Source: Candidatus Eremiobacteria bacterium
GTDB taxonomy: Bacteria > Vulcanimicrobiota > Vulcanimicrobiia > Vulcanimicrobiales > Vulcanimicrobiaceae
Length of the DNA stretch: 64,000 bases
Assembly (NCBI GenBank): GCA_963737065.1
Contig: CAVTRC010000001.1
Span: 2,400,001 to 2,464,000 of the forward strand
Reading direction: 5' to 3'
The first letter of the stretch is position 1. Every line of letters begins with the position of its first letter. Of this stretch, positions 53,168-63,599 are shown piece after piece. The notes below the pieces were generated by a model. It saw only the letters and a program-made list of their open reading frames with translations. It did no database searches and had not been told where the DNA came from. Made by a program: the position numbers and the translations under genes.

Positions 53168-54543
53168 ACGCGCAGCGGCGCACGCTCTCGTTGTGGGACT
53201 TGATTTTTTACGGCATCGTCCTGATCCAGCCCATCGCGCCCGTCCCGCTCTACGGCGTCGCGCAGCAGCTCTCGAACGGCCACTTCGCAACGATCATCTT
53301 GATCGCGATGTTCGCGATGATGATTACCGCGGTGAGTTACGGCCGTATGGCGGCGGTCTATCCGTCCGCCGGATCGGCATACACGTACGTCGGCCGCGGC
53401 TTGAACGCGCATCTCGGATTCCTCGTCGGTTGGGCGATGTTCATGGACTACTTGCTCCAGCCGCTGATCAACACGGTGTGGATTTCGGACGCGATGACGT
53501 CGAGGTACGTGCAGCAGATTCCGTGGGCGCTATGGGCGCTCGCTATCGCGTTGATCGTTACGCTGCTCAATCTTCGCGGCATCAAGGCATCCGCGCGTGC
53601 AAATCGCGGTTTACTGATCGTGATGGTCGTCGTTATCGCGGCGTTCGTCGTCTTTGCCGTTCGGTATCTTTTTGCGGCCGGGGGCGCGGCCGCGTTACTT
53701 TCGACAAAGCCGTTCTACGATCCGAAGACCTTCGATTGGCAGCGCATTTGGGGCGCGACGTCCTTCGCCGCGCTGACCTACATCGGATTCGACGGCATCA
53801 CGACGCTTGCCGAAGATGCAAAGAATCCCAAACGAAATATTTTGCTTGCGACCGTACTCGTTTGCGCGTTCACGGGAGTCTTCAGCGGATTCCTCGCATA
53901 CATCGGGTCGCTCGTGTGGCCCGATTGGCATGCGTTCAAGGATCTCACAACGGCGTTCATGGACATCGCAAGCCGCGTGGGCGGACCGTGGCTCTTCAAT
54001 GCGATGGGGATCATCTTGATCGTCGCTGCATTCGGCAGCGCGCTGACCGGCGGGCTCGGCGCGGCGAAGCTTCTCTTCGGGATGGGCCGGGACAATGTGC
54101 TGCCCCGGCGCATCTTCGGACATCTGCACGCACGCGCGACGACGCCTACGTACAACCTCGTTATCATCGGCGTCCTGACGTTCATCGGCGCTATCTGTCT
54201 CCATCGCTATGGAAATGCTTACGAACACGCCGGGGAGATGCTGAATTTCGGCGCATTCCTCGCGTTCATGGGCGTCAATGTGGCGACGTTTTGGCAGTTC
54301 ACGTTCCACCCCCAGCCGGGTTACAAACGCAATCCGCTGCTCGACAGTGCGTTACCGCTCGCGGGCTTCATTTTTTGCGCCGCAATTTGGTGGAATTTGA
54401 ATCCACTGGCGAAGATCGTCGGAGGCGCATGGATCGCGATCGGTTTCGCGTATCTCACGATCGTCACGCGCGGTTTCCGCATTGCCCCGGTCGCGCTCGA
54501 CTTCAGCGAACCGCTCGGCGAGTCTCGCGCAACCGAGGCGTGA
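53164..54543 (+). CDS. APC-family permease (PuuP/PlaP-like)
   Basis: SYGRMA..YPSAGSAYTY, GFDGITTLAE, NFGA..AF; about 12 TM. Confidence 0.9.
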   Translation: MNAQRRTLSLWDLIFYGIVLIQPIAPVPLYGVAQQLSNGHFATIILIAMFAMMITAVSYGRMAAVYPSAGSAYTYVGRGLNAHLGFLVGWAMFMDYLLQPLINTVWISDAMTSRYVQQIPWALWALAIALIVTLLNLRGIKASARANRGLLIVMVVVIAAFVVFAVRYLFAAGGAAALLSTKPFYDPKTFDWQRIWGATSFAALTYIGFDGITTLAEDAKNPKRNILLATVLVCAFTGVFSGFLAYIGSLVWPDWHAFKDLTTAFMDIASRVGGPWLFNAMGIILIVAAFGSALTGGLGAAKLLFGMGRDNVLPRRIFGHLHARATTPTYNLVIIGVLTFIGAICLHRYGNAYEHAGEMLNFGAFLAFMGVNVATFWQFTFHPQPGYKRNPLLDSALPLAGFIFCAAIWWNLNPLAKIVGGAWIAIGFAYLTIVTRGFRIAPVALDFSEPLGESRATEA

Positions 54544-54550
54544 CTTTTGA

Positions 54551-54919
54551 TTACTGCGAGAGCAGGCGGTTGAAGAAACCGCGATAGCGCTGCAGCGTTA
54601 CCCGAAGCGCTTCCGTATCGGCGGTGCCTCCGCTATTCCATTGTGATTCGAGCCCTTCGCGTTCGCGACGGAACGTGTCGGTCAATTCATCGACGAGCGT
54701 GCGAACCAGCGACTGCGCGTCTTGCACCGCACGGCGAGGATCGTCGACGAATTCGGCCTGGACGTCGTTCCACCGGCCGCGCAAGTGATCCATGCGATCC
54801 TCCGGAAGAAACCCGCCTTCCCGTTCCACCGGCGTTTGCGTTATTTCCCCGCGTTCCGTTTGCGGCGTGTCCGTAGTCGCTTCGGTGTCGGTTCGTTTGT
54901 CGTTGACGCGTTCGTTCAT
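54551..54919 (-). CDS. Hypothetical protein (paralog of neighbour)
   Basis: W..VQ.EFVDDP..AV..A and TE.LR.....YR.FF..L; AAAGG SD. Confidence 0.75.
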   Translation of the reverse strand: MNERVNDKRTDTEATTDTPQTERGEITQTPVEREGGFLPEDRMDHLRGRWNDVQAEFVDDPRRAVQDAQSLVRTLVDELTDTFRREREGLESQWNSGGTADTEALRVTLQRYRGFFNRLLSQ

Positions 54920-54935
54920 GTTGAACCTTTCGTTG

Positions 54936-55478
54936 TTATTGGACGAGATCGTCGAAGAGCGAGCGGTACTGTACCATTGCTTGGCGGAGGTCTTCCGTCG
55001 TGACTTCGCCGGTTTCGCTGCGATGCGTGATGTCGTGCGCCGTTCGGTAATTTTGCAGGACGTTCGGGTGATCCGCAGATAGATCGGCGACCGTTTGATC
55101 GAAGTTGTCTACCTGGTATCCGCGATCGCGCATTACGTTTGCGATCAACCGATCCGCCTTGACGAGCGCCGTTTTCGGTTCATCCACGAATCGGGTCTGA
55201 ACCGTGCGCCATTCCTCGGTGTAACGCGCCTTCGCGCCGGCAGGCAACTCCTCGATATGCATCCGTTTGACGCGTTCTTGACGGCGTGCGAGTTCGCGCT
55301 CCGCTGCCTCGCGGCTGCCTCCCGATTCGCGCACCGTTCTTTCGTATTCCGGACCGAAACGGTCTTGCAGAGACTTCGAGCGGTTGCGCCGCGCGAGCGC
55401 CATTGCTGCGATGATGATGACCGCTACGACGATGATTGCGATGATAATGACGGCGGTCGAGTTGGTCGATGCTGGCAT
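54936..55478 (-). CDS. Hypothetical membrane-anchored protein
   Basis: N-terminal TM, RFGPEY.R, W..VQ.RFVDEP, TEDLRQAMV.YR.LF.DL; GGAGAG SD. Confidence 0.8.
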   Translation of the reverse strand: MPASTNSTAVIIIAIIVVAVIIIAAMALARRNRSKSLQDRFGPEYERTVRESGGSREAAERELARRQERVKRMHIEELPAGAKARYTEEWRTVQTRFVDEPKTALVKADRLIANVMRDRGYQVDNFDQTVADLSADHPNVLQNYRTAHDITHRSETGEVTTEDLRQAMVQYRSLFDDLVQ

Positions 55479-55544
55479 AACTCTCTCCGTTCGAAATGAG
55501 ATATGCTCCTCGTACCCGCAGTATGCTCGATAAGCAAACGGGCT

Positions 55545-57509
55545 TTAGTCTTCTTGCGTCACCTCGACCTTGGCCCGCTCTTGCAATTCGTGGACGATCG
55601 CGGAGTCGGCGAGCGTGGTCGTGTCGCCGAGCGTGCGTCCCTCCGCGATGTCTCGCAGCAAGCGGCGCATGATTTTGCCGCTGCGCGTCTTCGGCAGCTC
55701 TTGCGTGAACGTAATGTATTTTGGCCGCGTGAACTTCCCGAGCTTCTGGGCCACGTGGTCGCGCAATTCATCGGCGAATTGCGCCGTTCCGGTGTTCCCG
55801 GCTTTCAGCGAGACGAAGGCATAGACCGCTTGTCCCGTCATTTCGTCGAGCTTTGCGCACACCGCCGCTTCGGCGACCTTCGGATGATCGACGAGCGCGC
55901 TCTCGATTTCCGCCGACGAGATGCGATGACCGCTTACGTTCATGACGTCGTCGATGCGGCCCATGAACCAGAAATTGCCTTCTTCATCGCGCCGGCATCC
56001 GTCGCCGGCGAGAAACTTCCCGGGGAATTTCGACCAATACGTTTCGATGTAGCGTCGATCGTCACCCCAAATGCCGCGCGTCATTCCCGGCCACGGACGC
56101 GTGATGACGGCGTATCCGCCGCCGCCGAGCGGAACCGACTCGCCTTTATCATCGACGATATCAGCCGCAATGCCGGGGAGCGGAAACGTCGCAGAGCCGG
56201 GCAGCAGCGTCGTCACACCGGGCAACGGCGCGATCATGATGCCGCCGGTTTCCGTCATCCACCACGTGTCGACGACGGGCGTTCGATTACCGCCGATCCA
56301 TTCGCGATACCACATCCACGCTTCGGGATTGATCGGTTCACCGACCGAACCTAACACACGCAGCGAGGAAAGGTCATGCTTTGCGGGATACTCGGTTCCC
56401 CATTTCATGAACGTGCGAATTGCGGTCGGCGCGGTGTAGAGAATCGTGACGTTATAGCGCTCGACGATCGCCCACAAGCGGTCCTTATCAGGAAAATCGG
56501 GCGTGCCTTCGTACATAACGCTCGTCGCGCCGTTCGCAAGCGGACCGTACACGATATACGAATGTCCGGTAACCCAGCCGACGTCGGCCGCGCACCAATA
56601 GACGTCGGTGTCTTCTTTTAAATCGAAGACGAGCTTGTGCGTCATCGCCGCATGCGTCAGATAGCCGCCCGTCGTATGTTTGATGCCCTTCGGTTTCGCA
56701 GTCGTACCGCTCGTATAGAGAAGGAAGAGCAAATCTTCCGCGTTCATCGCTTCCGGTTCGCACGTCGAGGGCGCTCCCGCGATCACTTCGCTCCACCACA
56801 GGTCGCGCGTGTCGTGCATGAACACCTCGTCGCCGACGCGCTCCGCGACGATGCAGTGTTTGATCGACGGGGTACTCTCCATCGCGATATCGCAATTGCG
56901 TTTGAGCGGAATCTTCTTGCCGCGACGCCAGCCGTAATCCGCGGTAATGAGCGCAATGCATTGCGAGTCATTGACGCGATCGATGATCGAGTCGGGCGAG
57001 AATCCGCCGAAAATCACGGAATGCGCTGCGCCGATACGTGCGCACGCGAGCATCGCGATGGGCAACTCGGGTATCATCGGCATATAGATCGCGACGCGGT
57101 CGCCTTTCTTGATGCCGAGCGTACGCAACCCGTTAGCGAATTGACACACGCGTTCGAGTAACTGCGCGTACGTGATCGTCCATCGGTCGCCCGGTTCGCC
57201 TTCATAGTAATATGCTATTTTGTCGCCGTTGCCCGCGCGCACGTGACGGTCCAAACAATTGACCGAGACGTTCAGTTCACCGTCGCCGAACCATCGCGCA
57301 AAGGGTTCGGTCCACTCGAGCACTTCAGTGAACGGCTTGCTCCACTCCAACGTGCGCGCCCACGTTGCCCAAAACGCAAGATAGTCGCGTTCGGCCTCTT
57401 CATAGATCTGCGGCTGCGCATTTGCTTGCGCGGTAAATTCGGGCGACGGCGGAAATCGGCGGCTCTCTTTGGAGAGCGCTTCAATCGTTTGCGAGACTTG
57501 CGTGCTCAT
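55545..57509 (-). CDS. acs: Acetyl-CoA synthetase
   Basis: YTSGTT.KPKG, DVGWVTGHSY, VGEPINP, GR.DDV, LPKTRSGKIMRR. Confidence 0.97.
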   Translation of the reverse strand: MSTQVSQTIEALSKESRRFPPSPEFTAQANAQPQIYEEAERDYLAFWATWARTLEWSKPFTEVLEWTEPFARWFGDGELNVSVNCLDRHVRAGNGDKIAYYYEGEPGDRWTITYAQLLERVCQFANGLRTLGIKKGDRVAIYMPMIPELPIAMLACARIGAAHSVIFGGFSPDSIIDRVNDSQCIALITADYGWRRGKKIPLKRNCDIAMESTPSIKHCIVAERVGDEVFMHDTRDLWWSEVIAGAPSTCEPEAMNAEDLLFLLYTSGTTAKPKGIKHTTGGYLTHAAMTHKLVFDLKEDTDVYWCAADVGWVTGHSYIVYGPLANGATSVMYEGTPDFPDKDRLWAIVERYNVTILYTAPTAIRTFMKWGTEYPAKHDLSSLRVLGSVGEPINPEAWMWYREWIGGNRTPVVDTWWMTETGGIMIAPLPGVTTLLPGSATFPLPGIAADIVDDKGESVPLGGGGYAVITRPWPGMTRGIWGDDRRYIETYWSKFPGKFLAGDGCRRDEEGNFWFMGRIDDVMNVSGHRISSAEIESALVDHPKVAEAAVCAKLDEMTGQAVYAFVSLKAGNTGTAQFADELRDHVAQKLGKFTRPKYITFTQELPKTRSGKIMRRLLRDIAEGRTLGDTTTLADSAIVHELQERAKVEVTQED

Positions 57510-57560
57510 AGACCTCGTTTCACCGGGGACGCAGCGGAACGCCTGCCGAAAACGTCGCAC

Positions 57561-58061
57561 ATGCTGGCCGCCCTCACCCTTGCAGCAGTCACCGGAACCG
57601 GTCTCGCCACCATTCACTTCAACACCGCTACGCCCGACTTCACCATTCCAAATGCAAAGGGCGGCGAGAAGCTTTCCGACTTGCGCGGCAAGCCCGTCGT
57701 TCTCAACTTTTGGGCCTCGTGGTGTCATCCATGCACCGACGAATTGAAAGACTTCGTGCGCGCGCGCCGCATGTACGGAGACAAGATCAACGTCGTTACG
57801 ATTTCGAATGAACCTCACGATGTTGCGGCGAGCTATCTGCGGCTGTGGAACATCGACTTGCCGCTCGTCGAAGATCTCGACTCGAAGATTTCGGCGGCTT
57901 ACTCGGTTCCCCCGATTCCGGTTACGATCGTCCTCGACCGCAGTGGCCTCGTGACCCACGTCTCCGTGGGTGAGCTCGATTGGACGGAGCTCCACGAAGC
58001 AATAGACGAAGTCTTAGCACCGGAAAAGATTGGCAGTCCCAGCGGCGGAGTGCTAAGATAG
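57561..58061 (+). CDS. TlpA-like thiol-disulfide oxidoreductase
   Basis: GKPVVLNFWASWCHPC..E. Confidence 0.85.
   Translation: MLAALTLAAVTGTGLATIHFNTATPDFTIPNAKGGEKLSDLRGKPVVLNFWASWCHPCTDELKDFVRARRMYGDKINVVTISNEPHDVAASYLRLWNIDLPLVEDLDSKISAAYSVPPIPVTIVLDRSGLVTHVSVGELDWTELHEAIDEVLAPEKIGSPSGGVLR
58030..58056 (+). promoter_or_regulatory. CIRCE operator (HrcA binding site)
   Basis: TTGGCAGTC-N9-GAGTGCTAA (consensus TTAGCACTC-N9-GAGTGCTAA), 11 bp upstream of hrcA. Confidence 0.85.
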
Positions 58062-58067
58062 GAGGCT

Positions 58068-59108
58068 ATGAGGGGCGAAGGCGGACTGGACAAGCGTAAG
58101 GCCTACATCCTGGCTACGGTCGTGTACGAATATATCGCCACGGCAGAACCGGTCGGTTCGAACACCCTCACTCAGAAGTACAACCTCGGCGTCAGTTCCG
58201 CGACCGTTCGCAATGAGATGGCGGAATTGGAGGCCGGCGGTTACCTCGTCCAGCCGCATACGTCGGCCGGCCGCATTCCCTCCGATGCCGGGTATCGCAC
58301 CTACGTCGATGACCTCATGGCGCCCGAACAGCTCGGCGTGGACGATCGGCGGCGTATCCGGGACGATTTACGCGAAGCCAGCCGCGAGCTCGACGAAATC
58401 ATCGAGCAAGCGAGTCGCCTTCTCGGCCGCTTGTCCAACAACTTAGCGTTCATCACGAAGCCGCAACTCGACACGCAAAGTTTCAAACACGTACAGCTTA
58501 TCTGGCTCTCGCCGCACACGGGCGTCGCCATCGTCGTTACGTCGCTCGGCGTCGCGGCGCAAACATTGTTCGAGCTTGCGACCGGCATCGATGCCGACTC
58601 GCTCACGCGTCTTTCGAACGCGCTCAACTCGCGCTTGAGCAACCGGCTGTTGCGCGAAATCACCGACAACGATATTGCAGCGACCGTTTCCGAATTGGGA
58701 CTCAACGACGATCTGCGCGGCGCGCTTACATCCGCGTTGCATAGCGCGCGTTCCAATGAATCCTCCGGCGTTGCGACGGCCGGCGCGCAGAACTTGCTCG
58801 ATCAGCCGGAATTCCACGATCTGCGCAAAGTGCGTTCGATTTTGCGCATGGTGGAAGAGCAGAAAACACTCTACGATCTCGTCGCCGATGCAATCGGCAG
58901 CGAGTCGCCGAGCGTGAAGATCGGTGCGGAGCTCGGCGTCGACGAGATGGCGGATCTCTCCGTTGTTACGGTGCCCTACCGCTTCGGTGAACGTGCGATC
59001 GGTATGCTTTCGATCCTCGGTCCGCGCCGTATGCCGTACGCCAGGTTACTCGCGCTCGCGTCGGGAACTGCCGAGACGCTCTCCGAGCGCCTCTCCGACG
59101 TCAAGTAA
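58068..59108 (+). CDS. hrcA: Heat-inducible transcription repressor HrcA
   Basis: YI.TAEPVGS, SSATVRNEM, PHTSAGRIP...GYR.YVD, GP.RM.Y. Confidence 0.97.
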   Translation: MRGEGGLDKRKAYILATVVYEYIATAEPVGSNTLTQKYNLGVSSATVRNEMAELEAGGYLVQPHTSAGRIPSDAGYRTYVDDLMAPEQLGVDDRRRIRDDLREASRELDEIIEQASRLLGRLSNNLAFITKPQLDTQSFKHVQLIWLSPHTGVAIVVTSLGVAAQTLFELATGIDADSLTRLSNALNSRLSNRLLREITDNDIAATVSELGLNDDLRGALTSALHSARSNESSGVATAGAQNLLDQPEFHDLRKVRSILRMVEEQKTLYDLVADAIGSESPSVKIGAELGVDEMADLSVVTVPYRFGERAIGMLSILGPRRMPYARLLALASGTAETLSERLSDVK

Positions 59109-59126
59109 GGTTATCGCCAGTTTCCG

Positions 59127-60254
59127 ATGCCCACGAAGGATTACTACGAACTGCTCGGCGTCGCGCGCGGCGCATCGCCGGACGAAATCAAACGCGCGTA
59201 TCGCACGCTCGCGCGCACGCATCATCCCGACGTCGCCGAAGACAAGGCGCGAGCCGAGCATCGTTTTAAAGAGATCAACGAAGCCTATGAAGTGCTGTCG
59301 GATCCGCAGAAACGCGCGCAATACGATCGGTTCGGAACGGTCAGCGGAGCGCAGGGCGGCGATTTCGGATTCGGCGGGTTCGGTCCCGCCGGGTTCGGCG
59401 ACATCTTCGACATGTTTTTCGGCGACATGCGCGGCGGAGGAGCGCAGCAAGCGCGGCGCAGCGGGCCGCAACGCGGATCGGACCTGCGCTACGATTTGGA
59501 GATCGCGCTCGACGAAGCGTTCGCCGGAGCCACAAAAGAGATTCACTTCTCGCATCTCGCACAGTGCGAAACGTGCAAAGGTTCCGGCGCGCAGCCCGGT
59601 TCGCTCATCGTCGCGTGCGACCGTTGCGCGGGTTCGGGCGTCATGCGAACGGTGCGCCAGACACCGCTCGGTCAATTCGTCACGCAAACGACGTGCACGC
59701 AGTGCGGCGGTGAAGGGATGATCATCGCGCACCCGTGCACGACGTGCAACGGACGCGGACGCCACGAAGTCGAACGAAAACTCACCGTAAAGGTGCCTCC
59801 CGGCGTTGACGACGGTTCGCGCATTCGCATCGCGAGCAACGGTGAGGCCGGCATTCGCGGCGGCCCGGCCGGCGATCTCTACGTGTATCTCAGCATTGCG
59901 CCGCATCCGCTATTCAAGCGCGACGGCCTCGATACGTACGTCGACATCCCACTAAGTTATTCGCAAGCCGCACTCGGCGCGACGATCGAGATTCCGTCGC
60001 TCGAAGGGCAGTTGCCGCTCGCGATTCCCGCCGGCACGCAGACCGGCACGACACTACGTTTACGCGGACGCGGCATGCCGAGCGTTCGCGGTTCGCAGCG
60101 CGGCGATCATCATATCACCGTGCACGTCGTTATCCCGACGAAGCTGAACAAACGTCAGCGCGACCTGCTCGAAGAGTATGCGCGCGCCGGCGGTGATGCG
60201 ATCGAAGAGAAAAGCTTCTTCGATCGCGTCAAAGACGCATTCAAGCCGGATTAG
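59127..60254 (+). CDS. dnaJ: Chaperone DnaJ
   Basis: J-domain HPD, G/F region, four CxxCxGxG repeats. Confidence 0.97.
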   Translation: MPTKDYYELLGVARGASPDEIKRAYRTLARTHHPDVAEDKARAEHRFKEINEAYEVLSDPQKRAQYDRFGTVSGAQGGDFGFGGFGPAGFGDIFDMFFGDMRGGGAQQARRSGPQRGSDLRYDLEIALDEAFAGATKEIHFSHLAQCETCKGSGAQPGSLIVACDRCAGSGVMRTVRQTPLGQFVTQTTCTQCGGEGMIIAHPCTTCNGRGRHEVERKLTVKVPPGVDDGSRIRIASNGEAGIRGGPAGDLYVYLSIAPHPLFKRDGLDTYVDIPLSYSQAALGATIEIPSLEGQLPLAIPAGTQTGTTLRLRGRGMPSVRGSQRGDHHITVHVVIPTKLNKRQRDLLEEYARAGGDAIEEKSFFDRVKDAFKPD

Positions 60255-60265
60255 AGACTGCCGCA

Positions 60266-61000
60266 GTGAGTGCGCGCCGCTTCTTCGTAGAGAACACGCA
60301 CGGCGCAGGCGAACGGGTCGTCATCGCGGATGCCGACGCGCATAAGATTCGCGACGTGCTGCGCTTACGCGCGGGCGACAGCTTAGAAGTCGTCGATTCG
60401 TCGGGACAAGTTTTCGACGCGATGCTGCACAGTGTCGACGGCGGGGTTGTTGCGGAGTTGCGCGAGATGATCCCGGCGCGCGATGATGCATTCCGCGTGC
60501 ACATCGACGTCGCACAGGGAGTTCCGAAAGCGCAAAAGATGGACTTCGTCGTCGAAAAACTCTCGGAACTCGGCGTCGCGTCGCTCTTTCCGCTGGCCTC
60601 GGAACGCGCGGTTGTACGCGAGCCGGCAGACGGCAAACTCGAACGCTGGCGGCGCTTGGCGAAAACGGCCGCACAGCAGAGCGGGAGACGCGCGATCCTC
60701 GCCGTGAACGACCCGATTGATTTCGACGATTTGCTCGGCCGCTTTGCGCGCTACGACGCCGTGCTGTTTCCGTGGGAAGTCGCGTCGGGTCCACATACCA
60801 TGCGCGACGTTCTCCCGGCCGTAGTGGAACGCGCACGACGCGTGCTCGTCGTTATCGGTCCGGAAGGCGGATTTTCGCATGCTGAGGCGGACCGGGCGCG
60901 CGATGCGGGTGCGCATGTGATTTCACTTGGGCGTCGGATTCTGCGGACGGAAACTGCAGCGCTTGTGGTTGTCGCGATACTGCAGTATCTCAGCGAGTAG
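60266..61000 (+). CDS. rsmE: 16S rRNA m3U1498 methyltransferase
   Basis: H...VLR, IGPEGGFS, LG.RILRTETA. Confidence 0.95.
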   Translation: MSARRFFVENTHGAGERVVIADADAHKIRDVLRLRAGDSLEVVDSSGQVFDAMLHSVDGGVVAELREMIPARDDAFRVHIDVAQGVPKAQKMDFVVEKLSELGVASLFPLASERAVVREPADGKLERWRRLAKTAAQQSGRRAILAVNDPIDFDDLLGRFARYDAVLFPWEVASGPHTMRDVLPAVVERARRVLVVIGPEGGFSHAEADRARDAGAHVISLGRRILRTETAALVVVAILQYLSE

Positions 61001-61024
61001 GCGTCGTATATCGAGCGGTCGATC

Positions 61025-61741
61025 ATGAATAGTTTTCCGTTCTCGATCGTTATTCCGACGTACAACGAAGCCGGCGGCATCGAACGGCTTCTGCGCGCGG
61101 TCGATGACGTGTTCGAGGCGAACGGTCTCGACGGTGAGATCATCGTCGTCGACGACAACTCGCCCGACGGAACGGGCGCAATCGTCGACGGCCTTTCTTC
61201 GCAATTACCGGTGCGCTGTCTGCACCGACCTGGTAAACTCGGGCTCTCGAGCGGCGTGATCGACGGATGGGAATACGCACGACCCGAATCGGTTGCGCTT
61301 GGCGCAATGGACGCCGACTTTAGCCATGACATCAAGATTCTGCCGAAGATGGTCGCTGCGCTCGCGACCGGACAGTACGGCCTCGCGATCGGAAGCCGTT
61401 ACGTAAAGGGCGGCGGCATTACGAATTGGCCCGCCAAACGGATCGTTACCTCGAAGGTGGCGTGCTGGCTCGCGCGGCCGCTCACGAATGTAAAAGATAT
61501 TACGAGCGGATACTTCTTGGTCAAACGCGACGCTTTGAAGGGCGTGCATCTCGATCCGATCGGATTCAAGATCGGATTGGAGGTCGTCGCGAAGGCGCAC
61601 TACGGCCGCGCGATCGAGATTCCGTACGTGTTCACCGATCGCATCGTCGGTGAATCGAAACTCAATCAAAAAGAAATCTTCAACTATCTCAAACAGCTGC
61701 GCAAGCTTTACACCGCGCGGCTGTTTCCTGGAAAGGCGTAA
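61025..61741 (+). CDS. Polyprenol-phosphate mannosyltransferase-like GT2
   Basis: IPTYNE, VDDNSPDGT, MDADFSH, GSRY, F.DR..GESK. Confidence 0.9.
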   Translation: MNSFPFSIVIPTYNEAGGIERLLRAVDDVFEANGLDGEIIVVDDNSPDGTGAIVDGLSSQLPVRCLHRPGKLGLSSGVIDGWEYARPESVALGAMDADFSHDIKILPKMVAALATGQYGLAIGSRYVKGGGITNWPAKRIVTSKVACWLARPLTNVKDITSGYFLVKRDALKGVHLDPIGFKIGLEVVAKAHYGRAIEIPYVFTDRIVGESKLNQKEIFNYLKQLRKLYTARLFPGKA

Positions 61742-61746
61742 CGCGC

Positions 61747-62619
61747 ATGCCGATGCCGGATTGGCTGCGTAGCCGCCGCGGCAAAGCCGCCGACACGCGC
61801 GATGCGGCGCTGTGGACGAAGTGTCCAGAATGCGGCGAGGTCCTCTACCGCCGCGAACTTTCCGCGAATCTCGACGTTTGCACCAAGTGCTCGCATCACT
61901 TCCGCATGCACGCCTACGATCGCATCAACATGCTCATCGACGGCGACTTCACCGAGATCGGAACGGCTGTGCAAGCCGGCGATCCGCTCGAATGGGTCGA
62001 TAAGAAAACGTATCCGGTGAAGATTGCCGGCGACAAAGAAAAGAGCGGGTTGAGCGAAGGTGTCGTGTGCGGCATCGGCACGATGGACGGTTTCGAGGTC
62101 GCGCTCGGCGTGATGGATTTTCATTTCCGCGGAGGCACGATGGGAACGGTCGTCGGCGAGCGCATCACGATGCTGCTCGAAGAAGCGCGGCGCCGGCATC
62201 TTCCGTGCATCGTCTTCACCGCGTCGGGTGGCGCGCGGATGGAAGAAGGCATGTTCGCGTTGATGCAGATGGCGAAGACCACCGCGGCCGTTACGCGCTT
62301 GATGGACGAGGGAAATTTTTTCGTCACCGTGTTGACCGATCCGACAACCGGCGGCGTGTCCGCGTCGTTTGCGTTTGAATCGGACGTCGTCGTCGCGGAG
62401 CCCAAAGCGATGATCGGCTTTGCCGGGCGGCGCGTCATCGAGCAAACGATCCGGCAGAAACTTCCCGATCAGTTCCAGACCGCGGAATTTTTGCTCGAGA
62501 AGGGCGCGATCGATATGGTCGTCGATCGTCACGAATTGAAGAATACGCTCATTCGATTGCTGCAGTACACCGCGCAGAAGAACGTCAGCGCCCTTCGAGA
62601 GCCTCAGGACAAGCTGTGA
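61747..62619 (+). CDS. accD: Acetyl-CoA carboxylase carboxyltransferase beta
   Basis: W.KCP.C zinc ribbon, SGGARM.EG, PTTGGV.ASFA, GFAG.RVI. Confidence 0.96.
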   Translation: MPMPDWLRSRRGKAADTRDAALWTKCPECGEVLYRRELSANLDVCTKCSHHFRMHAYDRINMLIDGDFTEIGTAVQAGDPLEWVDKKTYPVKIAGDKEKSGLSEGVVCGIGTMDGFEVALGVMDFHFRGGTMGTVVGERITMLLEEARRRHLPCIVFTASGGARMEEGMFALMQMAKTTAAVTRLMDEGNFFVTVLTDPTTGGVSASFAFESDVVVAEPKAMIGFAGRRVIEQTIRQKLPDQFQTAEFLLEKGAIDMVVDRHELKNTLIRLLQYTAQKNVSALREPQDKL

Positions 62620-63599
62620 ACAATTCGATCGTCGAGCGCGAGAAAGACTTGCTCGTTCTCGAGCGCCGCATCTCGGAATTGCGCAGCGCGAACGTGAGCC
62701 AGCCCGTCGACATGTCGGCGGAGATTGCGGCACTCCAGCAAAAATACGAAGAGCTGCAGCGCGAGATCTTCGGCCATCTCTCGCCATGGCAGAAAGTGCA
62801 CATGGCACGCCATCCGAGTCGCCCGACGTCGCTGGACTATATTTCCCAGCTGGACCGCTTCGACGAACTGCACGGCGATCGGATGTTCCGCGACGATCCG
62901 GCAATCGTGGCGGGCTTCGGTCTATTGCACGGCCGGCCGATCATGGCGATGGGGCAACAGCGTGGGCGCGATACGAAAGAAAATTTGCGCCGCAACTTCG
63001 GCATGGTGACGCCGGAAGGATACCGCAAGGTGCAGCGCCTCGCACATACCGCCTCACGTCTCGGCGTGCCGGTCGTGACGTTCATCGACACGAAAGGTGC
63101 CGACCCGGGCATTACGTCTGAAGAGCGCGCGCAATCCGAGGCGATCGCAAAGTGTCTGTATGAATTCACCGAGGCGCGCGTCCCGGTCGTCGCAACGGTC
63201 ATCGGCGAAGGCGGATCCGGCGGTGCGCTTGCACTTGGGATTGCCGATCACGTAATCATGCTCGAACACTCGGTGTACAGCGTTGCGTCGCCGGAAGGCT
63301 GCGCCGCGATTCTGTGGGGCGATGCGACAAAAGCGGAAGAAGCCGCCGCGCGGTTGAAACTAACCGCTGCGGATCTGCAGGCATTCGGGATCATCGACGA
63401 GATCGTTCCGGAACCGCTCGGAGGTGCGCACCGCGAACCGGCGAGCGTCGTGTCGACGGTTCTCGAATCCGTATCCACGGCTTTGCAGCGTTTCGGCGCG
63501 ATGTCGACCGATGCGCTGCGTGAGGCACGCTATCAGAAATATCGGCGAATAGGCGCATGGGAAGCCGAGCGCCTCGAAGTGATCGGAAGCAGCCGGTGA
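62616..63599 (+). CDS. accA: Acetyl-CoA carboxylase carboxyltransferase alpha
   Basis: ARHP.RP, ELHGDR, RNFGM..PEGYRK, GEGGSGGALA. Confidence 0.96.
   Translation: MNNSIVEREKDLLVLERRISELRSANVSQPVDMSAEIAALQQKYEELQREIFGHLSPWQKVHMARHPSRPTSLDYISQLDRFDELHGDRMFRDDPAIVAGFGLLHGRPIMAMGQQRGRDTKENLRRNFGMVTPEGYRKVQRLAHTASRLGVPVVTFIDTKGADPGITSEERAQSEAIAKCLYEFTEARVPVVATVIGEGGSGGALALGIADHVIMLEHSVYSVASPEGCAAILWGDATKAEEAAARLKLTAADLQAFGIIDEIVPEPLGGAHREPASVVSTVLESVSTALQRFGAMSTDALREARYQKYRRIGAWEAERLEVIGSSR

Noticed and set aside
53193..54587. Long alternative-frame and antisense ORFs (also 12634-13740, 46549-47808, 27402-28478)
   Set aside because: Shadow ORFs expected from high-GC codon bias over well-supported genes.
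57510..57995. Long N-terminal extension of acs (similarly 34094-34564 for the aldolase)
   Set aside because: These are antisense read-through of divergent genes. SD-preceded starts exist at 57509 and 34093.
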